Part shown: positions 10,098 to 19,652 of the stretch, in pieces | Layout: every line of letters begins with the position of its first letter | Numbering within the stretch: position 1 is the stretch's first letter | Assembly (NCBI RefSeq): GCF_006345805.1 | Contig: NW_021823796.1 | Coordinates: 1 to 20,946, forward strand | Reading direction: 5' to 3' | Source: Octopus sinensis | Lineage: Eukaryota | DNA: 20,946 nt | Made by a program: the position numbers and the translations under genes | The notes under the pieces: model-generated | What the model was told of the DNA's origin: nothing | What the model saw: the letters and a program-made list of their open reading frames with translations, nothing else | The model's database searches: none

Positions 10098-10534
10098 GGC
10101 TTGAAGACGTCAAGCTCAAAACAGAAATGGCCAGGAAAGCCTATCATATAGTTTGTGGTCACTCAGTTGCTTCACCTCCTGAATATGCAAGCGTGTATAG
10201 GGAATAGGAATGATACGATAATCGATCAATGAATCTTATTTAATCATGTGTCAAATACGCTTTGTCCCAGATCGAAATTATAAGATAATCTTCATAACCA
10301 GACGGGTGCTACGGCCTTTAAATTCAGCCTCTCATTATTTGTACATGTGCGTATGTCAGTGTCTGACTGTGTGTGAAAGAGAGAGAGAGGGAGAGAGAGA
10401 GAGAGAGAGAGAGAAAGGCAGAGAGAGAGAGAGAGAGAGAGGGTGAGAGAGAGAAAGAGAGAGAAAGAGAGAGAAAGAGAGAGGGAGAGTGTGTGTGTGA
10501 GAGAGAGAGCGAGAGAGGAAGAGAGAGAGTGTGT

Positions 10535-10712
10535 GGAAACCATACTGAAGCGTTTCCATGGAACGAATCAACCGCAGGACTTAAGAACACTTGAGTTTTT
10601 AAAGTCCCGGACATACTTCATCGGTTTCTTTGGCCGAACCGCTAAGTTACGGGGGACATAAACAAGTTAACTCCGTATTTCAAGCGGTGGTCGAGGAAAT
10701 ATACACGCATAT
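10535..10712 (-). mobile_element. Old, diverged 3' half of SINE family 2 inside unit 1
   Basis: TCGGTTTCTTTGGCCGAACCGCTAAGTTACGGGGGACATAAACA matches the reverse complement of TGTTTACGTCCCCGTCACTTAGCGGTTCGGCAAAAAGA seen at ~18103 and ~19932. Confidence 0.8.
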
Positions 10713-10756
10713 GTATATGTATATGTGTGTGTGTGTGTGTGTGTCTGTCTGTCTGT

Positions 10757-11449
10757 CGTGGTGGTAGTGATGGTGGTGGTGGTGGTGGTAGTGATGGTGG
10801 TGGTGGTGGTGGTAGTGATGGTGGTGGTGGTGGTTGTGGTGGTGGTGGTGGTGGTGGTTGTGGTAGTGATGGTGGTGGTTGTGGTGGTGGTGTGGTGGTG
10901 GTGGTGGTGGTGGTGGTGGAAGTGGTGGTGGTAGTGGAGGTGGTGGTGGAGGTGGTGGAGGTAGTGGTGGTGGAAGTGGTGGTGGTGGTGGAGGTGGTGG
11001 AGGTGGTGGAGGTGGTCGTGGTGGTCGTGGTGGTGGTGGAGGTGGTGGAGGTGGGGTGGGGGTGATGCGGGTGGGGTGGTGGAAGTGGTGGTGGTGGTGG
11101 TGGTGTGGTGGTGGTAGTGGTGGTGGTGGTGGTGGTAGTGGTGGTGGTGGTGGTGGTGGTGATGGAGGTGGTGGTGGTGGTGGTGATGGTCGTGGTGGTG
11201 GTGATGGTCGTTGTGGTGGCAGAGTTGTCCGTATTCGTAGTCTTTGACTGTGAAGCTGTCGTCTGGGTTCTTCCAATTTTTCTTTGTGTCGGCGGCGGCG
11301 GAGTTGGCGTCCAATGCTCGCACCTGCACCTGTGTCGCTCCTCCCCTTCTTCCCCCTCCTTCATGAAGATGTGGGGAAGGCAGGGTAAGGAAATCAACGT
11401 CCTAAGCGTTGTCAAGGAGACCATCCTTCTTTTAGAACGACGACTTCAT
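10757..11449 (-). pseudogene. Copy 2 of the Thr-rich ORF, with a +1 indel and TAA near the start and a medium tract
   Basis: ATG at 11449, TAA at 11432-11434. The downstream frame reads VSLTTLRTLISLPCLPHIFMKEGEEGEERHRCRCEHWTPTPPPPTQRKIGRTQTTASQSKTTNTDNSATTTTITTTT; there are frame shifts inside the array. Confidence 0.38.
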
Positions 11450-11869
11450 GGCTTTGAAGACTCAAAACAGAAATGGCTAAGAAAGCCGAAAGCAAATTTA
11501 CAAAATGGGGAAACACGCCACACAGGACAGGTTTCCCGTGAAAAGAATTTGCACAACCGAATGCATTAAAATATAATACAATACGCAAGTATTATTAAAA
11601 CAAGGGAACATATAGTTTGGGGTCACTCGGTTGCTTCACCTCCTGAATATGCAAGCATGTGTAGGGAATAGGAATGATACGATAATCGTATGTCAGTGTC
11701 TGACTGTGTGTGAGTGTGTGAGAGAGATAGAGAGAGAGAGTGAGTGAGAGAGGGAGAGAGGGGGGAGAGGGACTGAGTGAGAGACAGAGAGAAAGAGAGA
11801 GAGAGTGTGTGTATGTGTGTTAGCAAATATGTATGAATCGTTCAATCACGTGTTGGTCATTCGAGCGCA

Positions 11870-12028
11870 GCGGAAACCATATTGAAGCGTTTCCATGGAA
11901 CGAATCAACCTTAAGTTTTTAAAGTCCCGGACATACTTCATCGGTTTATTTGGCCGAACCGCTAGGTTACGGGGGAAATAAACAAGTTAACTCCGTATTT
12001 CAAGCGGTGGTCGAGGAAATATACACGC

Positions 12029-12030
<2 letters not shown>
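11870..12030 (-). mobile_element. Old SINE family 2 remnant inside unit 2 (co-duplicated)
   Basis: Nearly identical to 10535-10712, including the same diverged positions. Confidence 0.8.
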
Positions 12031-12094
<64 letters not shown>

Positions 12095-12100
12095 CGTCTG

Positions 12101-15100
12101 TCGTGGTGGTAGTAATGGTGGTGGTGGTAGCGATGGTGGTGGTTGTGGTCGTGGTCGTGTTGGTGGTGGTAGTGATGGTGGTGGTGGTGGTGGTGGTAGT
12201 GATGGTCGTGGTTGTAGTGATGGTGGTGGTGGTAGTGATGGTGGTGGTGGTGGTGGTGGTAGTGATGGTCGTGGTTGTAGTGATGGTGGTGGTGGTAGGG
12301 ATCGTGGTGGTGGTGGTGATGGTGGTGGTAGTCGTGATGGTGGTGGTGGTAGTGGTGGTGGTGGTAGTGATGGAGGTGGTGGTAGTGATGGTGGCGGTGG
12401 TGGTGGTAGTGATGGTGGTGGTGGTAGCGGTGGTGGTGGTTGTGGTCGTGGTGGTGTTGGTGGTGGTAGTGATGGTGGTGGTGGTGGTGGTAGTGATGGT
12501 GGTGGTTATAGTGATGGTGGCGGTCGTAGTGATGGTGGTGGTGGTGGTGATGGTGGTGGTGGTGGTGGTGATGGTGGTGGTGGTCGTGATGGTGGTGGTG
12601 GTAGTGGTGGTAGTGGTGGTGGTGGTAGTAATGGTGGTGGTGGTGGTAGTGATGGTGGTGGTGGTAGTGATGGTGGCGGTGGTAGTGATGGTGGTGGTGG
12701 TGGTGATGGTGGTGGTGGTCGTGATGGTGGTGGTGGTAGTGGTTGTAGTGGTGGTAGTAATGGTGGTGGTGGTTGTAGTGATGGTGGTGGTGGTAGTGAT
12801 GGTGGCGGTGGTAGTGATGGTGGTGGTGGTGGTGATGGTGGTGGTGGTCGTGATGGTGGTGGTGGTAGTGGTGGTAGTGGTGGTGGTGGTAGTAATGGTG
12901 GTGGTGGTGGTAGTGATGGTGGGGTGGTAGTGATGGTGTTGGTGGTGGTCGTGATGGTGGTGGTGGTAGTGGTGGTAGTGATGGTGGTGGTTGTGGTGGT
13001 GGTGGTGGTTGTGGTGGTGGTGGTGTTGGTGGTGGTAGTGATGGTGGTAGTGATGGTGGTGGTGGTGGTAGTGATGATGGTTGTGGTGGTGGTAGTGATG
13101 ATGGTTGTTGTAGTGATGGTGGTGTTGGTGGTGGTGGTGATGGTGGTTGTGGCAGTGATGGTGGTGGTGGTGGTGGTAGTGATGGTGGTGGTTGTAGTGA
13201 TGGTGGTGGTGGTAGTGATGGTGGCGGTGGTAGTGATGGTGGTGGTAGTGATGGTGGTGGTGGTAGTGATGGTGGTGGTGGTGGTGATGGTGGTAGTGGT
13301 CGTGATGGTGGTGGTGGTAGTGGTGGTAGTGGTGGTGGTGGTAGTGATGGTGGTGGTGGTAGTGATGGTGTTGGTGGTGGTGGTAGTGAAGGTGGTGGTG
13401 GTATTGATGGTGGTGGTGGTGGTAGTGATGGTGGTTGTGGTGGTGGTAGTGATGGTATTGGTTGTATTGATGATGGTGGTGGTAGTGATGGTGGTGGTTG
13501 TGGTGGTGGTGGTGGTTGTGGTGGTGGTGGTGTTGGTGGTGGTAGTGATGGTGGTGGTGGTAGTGATGGTGGTAGTGATGGTGGTGGTGGTGGTAGTGAT
13601 GATGGTTGTGGTGGTGGTAGTGATGATGGGTGTTGTAGTGATGGTGGTAGTGATGGTGGTGTTGGTGGTGGTGGTGATGGTGGTGTTGGTGGTGGTAGTG
13701 ATGGTGGTGGTGGTGGTGGTAGTGATGGTGGTGGTTGTAGTGATGGTGGTGGTGGTGGTGATGGTGGTGGTGGTCGTGATGGTGGTGGTGGTAGTGGTGT
13801 TAGTGGTGGTGGTGGTAGTGATGGTGGTGGTGGTGGTAGTGATGGTGTTGGTGGTGGTAGTGAAGGTGGTGGTGGTAGTGATGGTGGTGGTGGTGGTAGT
13901 GATGGTGGTGGTGGTGGTGGTAGTGATGGTGGTGGTTGTAGTGATGGTGGTGGTGGTAGTGATGGTGGTGGTTGTAGTGATGGTGGTTGTGGCAGTGATG
14001 GTGGTGGTGGTGGTGGTAGTGATGGTGGTGGTTGTATTGATGGTGGTGGTGGTGGTGATGGTGGTGGTGGTCGTGATGGTGGTGGTGGTAGTGGTGGTAG
14101 TGGTGGTGGTGGTAGTGATGGTGGTGGTGGTGGTAGTGATGGTGTTGGTGGGTGGTGAGGTGAAGGGGGTGGTGGTAGTGATGGTGGTGGTGGTGGTAGT
14201 GATGGTGGTTGTGGTGGTGGTAGTGATGGTGGTGGTTGTAGTGATGGTGGTGGTGGTAGTGATGGTGGTGGTTGTAGTGATGGTGGTGGTGATGGTGGTG
14301 GTGGTGGTAGTGATGATGGTTGTGGTGGTGGTAGTGATGATGGGTGTTGTAGTGATGGTGGTAGTGATGGTGGTGTTGGTGGTGGTGGTGATGGTGGTTG
14401 TGGCAGTGATGGTGGTGGTGGTGGTGGTAGTGATGGTGGTGGTTGTAGTGATGGTGGTGGTGGTGGTGATGGTGGTGGTGGTCGTGATGGTGGTGGTGGT
14501 AGTGGTGGTAGTGGTGGTGGTGGTAGTGATGGTGGTGGTGGTGGTAGTGATGGTGTTGGTGGTGGTAGTGAAGGTGGTGGTGGTGGTGGTGGTGGTGGTG
14601 GTGGTGGTAGTGATGGTGGTTGTGGTGGTGGTAGTGATGGTGGTGGTTGTAGTGATGGTGGTGGTGGTAGTGATGGTGGTGGTTGTAGTGATGGTGGTGG
14701 TGGTAGTGATGGTGGTGGTGGTAGTGATGGTGGTGGTTGGTGTGGTGGTGGTGGTGGTGGTCGTGATGGTGGTGGTGGTAGTGGTGGTAGTGGTGGTGGT
14801 GGTGGTAGTGATGGTGGTGGTGGTAGTGATGGTGTTGGTGGTGGTAGTGAAGGTGGTGGTGGTAGTGATGGTGGTGGTGGTAGGGATGGTGGTTGTGGTG
14901 GTGGTATTGATGGTGGTGGTTGTAGTGATGGTGGTGGTGGTAGTGATGGTGGTGGTTGTGGTGTGGTGGTGGTTGTGGTGGTGGTGGTGTTGGTGGTGGT
15001 AGTGATGGTGGTGGTGGTAGTGATGGTGGTAGTGATGGTGGTGGTGGTGGTGGTGGTGATGATGGTTGTTGTAGTGATGGTGGTAGTGATGGTGGTGTTG

Positions 15101-15293
15101 GTGGTGGTGGTGATGGTGGTTGTGGCAGTGATGGTGGTGGTGGTGGTGGTAGTGATGGTGGTGGTTGTAGTGATGGTGGTGGTGGTAGTGATGGTGGCGG
15201 TGGTGGTGGTGGTGGTGGTGGTAGTGATGGTGGTGGTGGTAGTGATGGTGGTGGTGATGGTAGTGGTGGTGGTGGTGGTGGTGGTGGTGGTGA
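12101..15293. repeat. 3.2-kb degenerate (GGT)n triplet array with higher-order structure
   Basis: GGT with interspersed AGT, GAT, TGT, CGT and GTT triplets. Marker motifs recur: GTCGTGATGG, GTGAAGG, TGGCAGTGAT. Confidence 0.97.
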
Positions 15294-15529
15294 CGTCGGT
15301 GGCAGAGTTGTCCGTAGTAGAAGTCTTTGACTGTGAAGCTGTCGTCTGGGTTCTTCCAATTGTTCGTGTGTCGGCGGCGGCGGAGTTGGCGTCCAATGCT
15401 CACACCTGCACCTGTCTTGCTCCTCCCCTTCTTTCCCTCCCTCGTGAAGCTGTGGGGAAGGCAGGGTAAGGACATCACCGTCGTAAGCGTTGTCAAGGAG
15501 ACCAGCGTTCTTTCCAACGACGACTTCAT
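12101..15529 (-). pseudogene. Copy 3 of the Thr-rich ORF, with a ~1000-codon Thr/Ile tract broken by single-base deletions
   Basis: ATG at 15529 (MKSSLERTLVSLTTLTTVMSLPCLPHSF...). Relative to copies 1 and 2 there are 1-nt deletions at ~15435 and ~15365. The array phase slips at ~14963 and ~12921. Confidence 0.38.
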
Positions 15530-15978
15530 GACTTGAAGACTCAAAACATAAAGCCGAAAGCAAATTTACAAAATCGGGAAACACGCCACACAGGGAAGGT
15601 TTCCCGTGCAAAGAACTTGCACAACCGAATGTATTAGCTGTTGCACCACTTTTACATAAAAATATAATACAATACGCAAGTATTATTAAAACAAAGGAAC
15701 ATATAGTTTTTGGTCAATATGACCAAACGCTACGGCCTTTAAATTCAGCCTCTCATTATTTGTGCATGTGCGTATGTCAGTGTCTGACTGTGTGTGAGTG
15801 TGAGAGAGAGAAAGACAGAGAGAGAGAGAAAAAGGGTGAGCGAGAGAGCAAGAGAGAGAGAGAGAGAGAGAGAGTGCGTGTATATGTGTGTTAGCAAATA
15901 TGTATGAATCGTTCAATCACGTGTTAGTCATTGGACTGCGTATCCACATACGTATATAATAAACGTATTTATTGTATA

Positions 15979-16361
15979 CTAGCAGTATCGCCCGGCGTTG
16001 CTCAGGTTTGTAAGGGAAATAACTATAAAGCATTTTTAGAGAGTTATAGCCAAAAAATAGCAATGAAATGGAAAAAAAATGATGGTAAATTTTTTTGAGA
16101 GTTAAAAAAGGTGGAGTTGCTTCCCCTAGACGGTCTGTGGTTTGGGTTTCTGATTCTCGACCCCATGTCGAATTTATTGATTTTTTTCAGAACTGGGGGA
16201 ACTTTTCAAAATTTTCGCTGCGTTAGTTTTGAATTATGACATTGGGCTATGTGTGTGTCAAGTTTCATCAGAATCGGTTGAAAGCCGTGGTCAAAGTGAG
16301 GGTACGAGAAAACAGACACACAGAAAACGCACAGACAAACTGCCGTTTATATATAGAGAGA
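15979..16361 (-). mobile_element. Non-autonomous Helitron, copy A
   Basis: The minus strand starts A|TC (TCTCTCTATATATAAACGG) and ends with a GC hairpin CCTGAGCAACGCCGGG about 10 nt before CTAG|T. No target-site duplication; AT target site. These are canonical Helitron termini. Confidence 0.85.
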
Positions 16362-16366
16362 TACTA

Positions 16367-16767
16367 CTAGCAGTATCGCCCGGCGTTGCTCGGGTTTGTA
16401 AGGGAAATAACTATATAAGCATTTTTAGAGATGTAAAGTATAATAGCCATCTCAATATGGCTAACCACAAAGGGGGGGGGGGGGTTACTGTAGCTTTTTA
16501 CGTTCTGAGATTTAATAATAAATTTTTAGAGAGTTACTTCCCTTATATATGCCAAAAATGCATTAAAAATGGGAAAAATTGATGGTAATTTTTATTTTTA
16601 AATCGTAGACTCATCGTAGACGCGCGCTAATACCCAGAAGGGCTCGATATGAATCACGACTATAAGATACCCGGTTTTGGTTAAACTGCACCGCAAAATG
16701 TGGGAGTAGTTAGGAATCTAAATCGTAGGAGACAGACAGCACACAACCTCACTTTCATATATAAAGA
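16367..16767 (-). mobile_element. Non-autonomous Helitron, copy B
   Basis: The minus strand starts A|TCTTTATATATGAAAG and ends CCCGAGCAACGCCGGG (hairpin) CGATACTGCTAG|T. Confidence 0.88.
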
Positions 16768-16799
16768 TTTCTGTTTAGCTATTTTTAATGTAAGTTCAT

Positions 16800-17600
16800 T
16801 CAGGGCGTGTGCACGTATTTCATATCTTTGTAAATATTTTCTCCTTTTGAATTTTATTCCATAGTTTCATATAAGATTGTATGTTCATTCGTTTTACGCT
16901 CTTCAAATGGCGTTTTCTATTCGTTTTACGTACTTATAGTCTCGCTTACGCTTTTATATAAATATCTTTTTTAATTGTGATTTTACGTATCTGTAATGTT
17001 ACTTATGTTTTTGCTTAAGGTTTTTATTCGTTTTACGTTCCTGTGTAATTATTTACGTGATTCTTTAATTATTTCACTCACATGTAATGCTTGTATTCTT
17101 ATTCACGTGTTGTACATGTTATCCATTCGTTTTACGTGCTTCCACTGTTGTTCACATATTCTTTATTCACTTTAGATGTTTGTATGCGTATTTTTATCCA
17201 TTTCACGTTCTTCTCTATTCATTTAGGTCTTCACATATTATTTTTCACTCATTTATTGTGTTTGATTATTTCCGTGTTTGCATTCAGTTTTTACTCGTTC
17301 TACGTGCTTGTATTCTTGCTTACGGCTCTCTAAATATTTCTCTCCAATTTATATGCTTGTATTTTGCATTTCGATTTGTTTTTGAGTGTTTTACACACTA
17401 GTTTGCATGCTAGTATTGGTATTAACAAATCTTTTATCCATTTTACGTGCATACGCTTCCGTTCACGTTTTTTCTACGTAGTTTTATTCGTTTAACGTAC
17501 TTTTATTATTATTTACGTGTTTGCATAATATTTATTTTTGTAGTGGTTTTACGCGTTGGCGTGTTTGTACGAATTTCTTCACGTCTATGCATCCTTTTAT
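16800..17600. repeat. T-rich cryptic repeat region with recurring TTCGTTTTACG / TTTACGTG motifs
   Basis: TTCGTTTTACG at 16888, 16920, 17027 and 17126, with a variant at 17487. TTTACGTG at 17052, 17131, 17442 and 17512. Confidence 0.6.
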
Positions 17601-17843
17601 TTATCGATCTATTTGTTTGTTTGTTTGTTTTTGTTTGTTTGTTTGTTTTTGTTTGTTTATCTATTTTGGTCCGATGCGATAGCGCACTTAATCCGACAAA
17701 CTTACAAAGAAACAAAGGAAAACGACAGAAAAAGTGATACAGATTTTTTTTAGAGAGTAACAAAGGGAATCAGTGAGAAAATACAGTTTCCGCTGACAAA
17801 AATAATACAGGATTAAAAATATTATAAAACAAAACAAAACATA

Positions 17844-18013
17844 GGCGCAGGAGTGGCTGTGTGGTAAGTAGCTTGCTAACCAACCACATGGTTCCGGGTT
17901 CAGTCCCACTGCGTGGCATCTTGGGCAAGTGTCTTCTGCTATAGCCCCGGCCCCCCGGGCCGACCCATGCCTGGAGGGGATTTGGTTAGACGGAAACTGA
18001 AAGAAGCCTGTCG

Positions 18014-18044
<31 letters not shown>

Positions 18045-18270
18045 TGTGTGTTTGTGTGTCTGTGTTTGTTCTCCTTGCATTGCTTGACAACCAATGCTGG
18101 TGTGTTTACGTCCCCGTCACTTAGCGGTTCGGCAAAAAGAGGCCGATAGAATAAGTACTGAGCTTACAAAAAGAGTAAGTCCTGGGGTCGAGTTGCTCGA
18201 CTAAAAGGCGGTGCTCCAGCATGGCCGCAGTCAAATGACTGAAACAAGTAAAAGAGAATAAAAGAGTAAA
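17844..18270 (+). mobile_element. tRNA-derived SINE family 2, full length
   Basis: Head GGCGCAGGAGTGGCTGTGTGGTAAG (A box) and GGGTTCAGTCCC (B-box-like), then CTTGGGCAAGTGTCTTC, an internal (AT)/(GT) microsatellite, and a 3' end GGCGGTGCTCCAGCATGGCCGCAGTCAAATGACTGAAACAAGTAAAAGAG. Confidence 0.93.
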
Positions 18271-18339
18271 ACAATCTATTATTAGAAATTAAAGAACATT
18301 AGAATTGGTAGAATTATTAGAGCAGAGGATATGACATTC

Positions 18340-18560
18340 AGTATTTGTCACGGTTCACTGGATTCTGAGTTTAAAACCCTCCCAGATCGACTCCATCGTT
18401 AAGCCTTTCGGGGATGATGAAGAAAATCACTTTACACTCATACGGGGATCCGGTTAAGTTCCCACTGCGTGGTAACGTTTGTATGACTTGTTCTAATATA
18501 GCTCTGGGCCAACCAATGAACACCCGGGTTGATTTGGCGGATGGAAACTAGGAGGAAGTC
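18340..18560 (+). mobile_element. Highly decayed SINE fragments (family 1, then family 2)
   Basis: TTCTGAGTTTAAAA..CCTTTCGGGGATGAT, then TTCCCACTGCGTGG..TATAGCTCTGGGCCAACCAATG..GATTTGGCGGATGGAAACT. Confidence 0.65.
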
Positions 18561-18561
18561 C

Positions 18562-18870
18562 ATTTTATATCTTCCCTTCTGCTCCAGAGCGTCGGCTGCG
18601 GGGTCACTCCGAAAAGCTCTATAAGTGACGATTTCATCTCAATCGAAGGAGAGGGGATTTCTCCGTCCGGGTTGCGGATCCGTGGAATAAGCTGCCGGAC
18701 GAGATAGTGAAGATGCCGACGACCGCTCGGTTTAAAGTCTCTCTTGACCAGAAATGGCCTGAACTCTTTGCATGAACACCACCCTGTACATAACTCCATG
18801 TCCCCCTACATGGCCTTGCTTTTTGCTTTTTGAGCCAAAAAATTAACTTAACTTAACTTAACTTAACTTA
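18562..18870 (+). mobile_element. 5'-truncated CR1-clade LINE 3' end (ORF2 C-terminus, 3' UTR and tandem tail)
   Basis: Translates FYIFPSAPERRLRGHSEKLYK*RFHLNRRRGDFSVRVADPWNKLPDEIVKMPTTARFKVSLDQKWPELFA* (stop at 18773-18775). This matches the CR1/L2-group ORF2 terminal pattern RGH..KL...R..F(F)S.RV...WN.LP....FK..LD. One in-frame TGA at 18626. Ends in (TAACT)n. Confidence 0.9.
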
Positions 18871-18929
18871 TATCTATCTATCTATCTATCTATACACAAA
18901 CACACACACACACACACATATCTATGTAT

Positions 18930-19190
18930 ATTGTTGTTTGTTCCTTCTCGAGTCACGCCTGGCTCATAAGGGTCGGTTTCCCGATATCCATGGCGTATAG
19001 TTTCCCCATCTGGACGGGACGCCGGTCTGTCGCAGGTGAACTGCAAGATGCAGGAGGAAAGAGTGAGAGAAAGTTGTGGCGAAAGAGTCAGCAGAAGTTC
19101 ACCCTTACCTTCTGCCAGAGCCGCGTGGAGCTTAGGTGTTCCGCTCATAAACACATACATTGGTCTGAGTTTCGAACCCGCGCTCTCAGT
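18930..19190 (-). mobile_element. tRNA-derived SINE family 3
   Basis: A reverse B box GAGTTTCGAACCCGCG lies at ~19167-19182. The body CCCCATCTGGACGGGACGCCGGTCTGTCGCAGG resembles a segment I recall from other invertebrate SINEs; family name not assigned. Confidence 0.7.
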
Positions 19191-19223
<33 letters not shown>

Positions 19224-19230
19224 TGTATGT

Positions 19231-19285
<55 letters not shown>

Positions 19286-19300
19286 TAGATATAGATATAT
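19190..19300. repeat. (ATAC)n and (GATA)n microsatellites
   Basis: Directly visible tandem runs. Confidence 0.95.
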
Positions 19301-19570
19301 GTATGTAAGTACATGAATATATATAAATGTGTCTGTGTCTGTGTGTATATATATACAAATATACATATGTATCTATATATCTATATATATGTATATATAC
19401 GTGTGTATGTATCTATACACACACGTGTATATACATATATAAATGTATGTGTGGGTCTGTCTTGGTATCATTAGTTACTGATCTCTATTAAACGAACAAA
19501 GGGGACCCGAATGCTTCTGCAATTCGATGTAATCCGCACAATTTCCCACCTCCTAAAGTATTGGTGATCG

Positions 19571-19650
19571 TCAGGCTATGGCTGAGACTAAGATGCCAAT
19601 ATAGTGCGCTATGGGATCGAACTTGGAACCCCTTTGCTCCCAAGGCAAAC
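19571..19650 (-). mobile_element. Decayed tRNA-SINE head
   Basis: GGGATCGAACTTGGAACC is a reverse-strand B box. The surrounding sequence loosely matches the reverse complement of the family 2 head. Confidence 0.55.
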
Positions 19651-19652
19651 AC

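Larger units (their letters stand above)
9800..15935. repeat. Tandem triplication of a composite unit (GGT array + unique block + spacer)
   Basis: The block GTGGCAGAGTTGTCCGTA...CGACGACTTCATG occurs at ~9864-10097, ~11216-11449 and ~15298-15529. Spacer segments are shared pairwise between copies. Confidence 0.96.

Noticed and set aside
12078-15002. 974-aa Gly-rich plus-strand ORF (GGGSDGGG), superficially loricrin-like or shell-protein-like
   Set aside because: It starts in a (GT)n microsatellite, switches to poly-Val at 12921, and the Gly frame stops immediately on entering the unique block (GRVVRSRSL-stop).
9621-15544. His-rich reading (NWKNPDDSFTVKDYEYGQLCHHHH), suggesting a His-rich beak or metal-binding protein, or a cadherin-like VQVRALD
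   Set aside because: Substitutions between copies create stops in this frame (11402, 15402), the conserved ATG is not in this frame, and no GHG-type or cadherin motifs are present.
18843-18870. (TAACT)n as an interstitial telomere
   Set aside because: The unit is not TTAGGG or TTAGG, and it sits exactly at the LINE 3' end as its tail.
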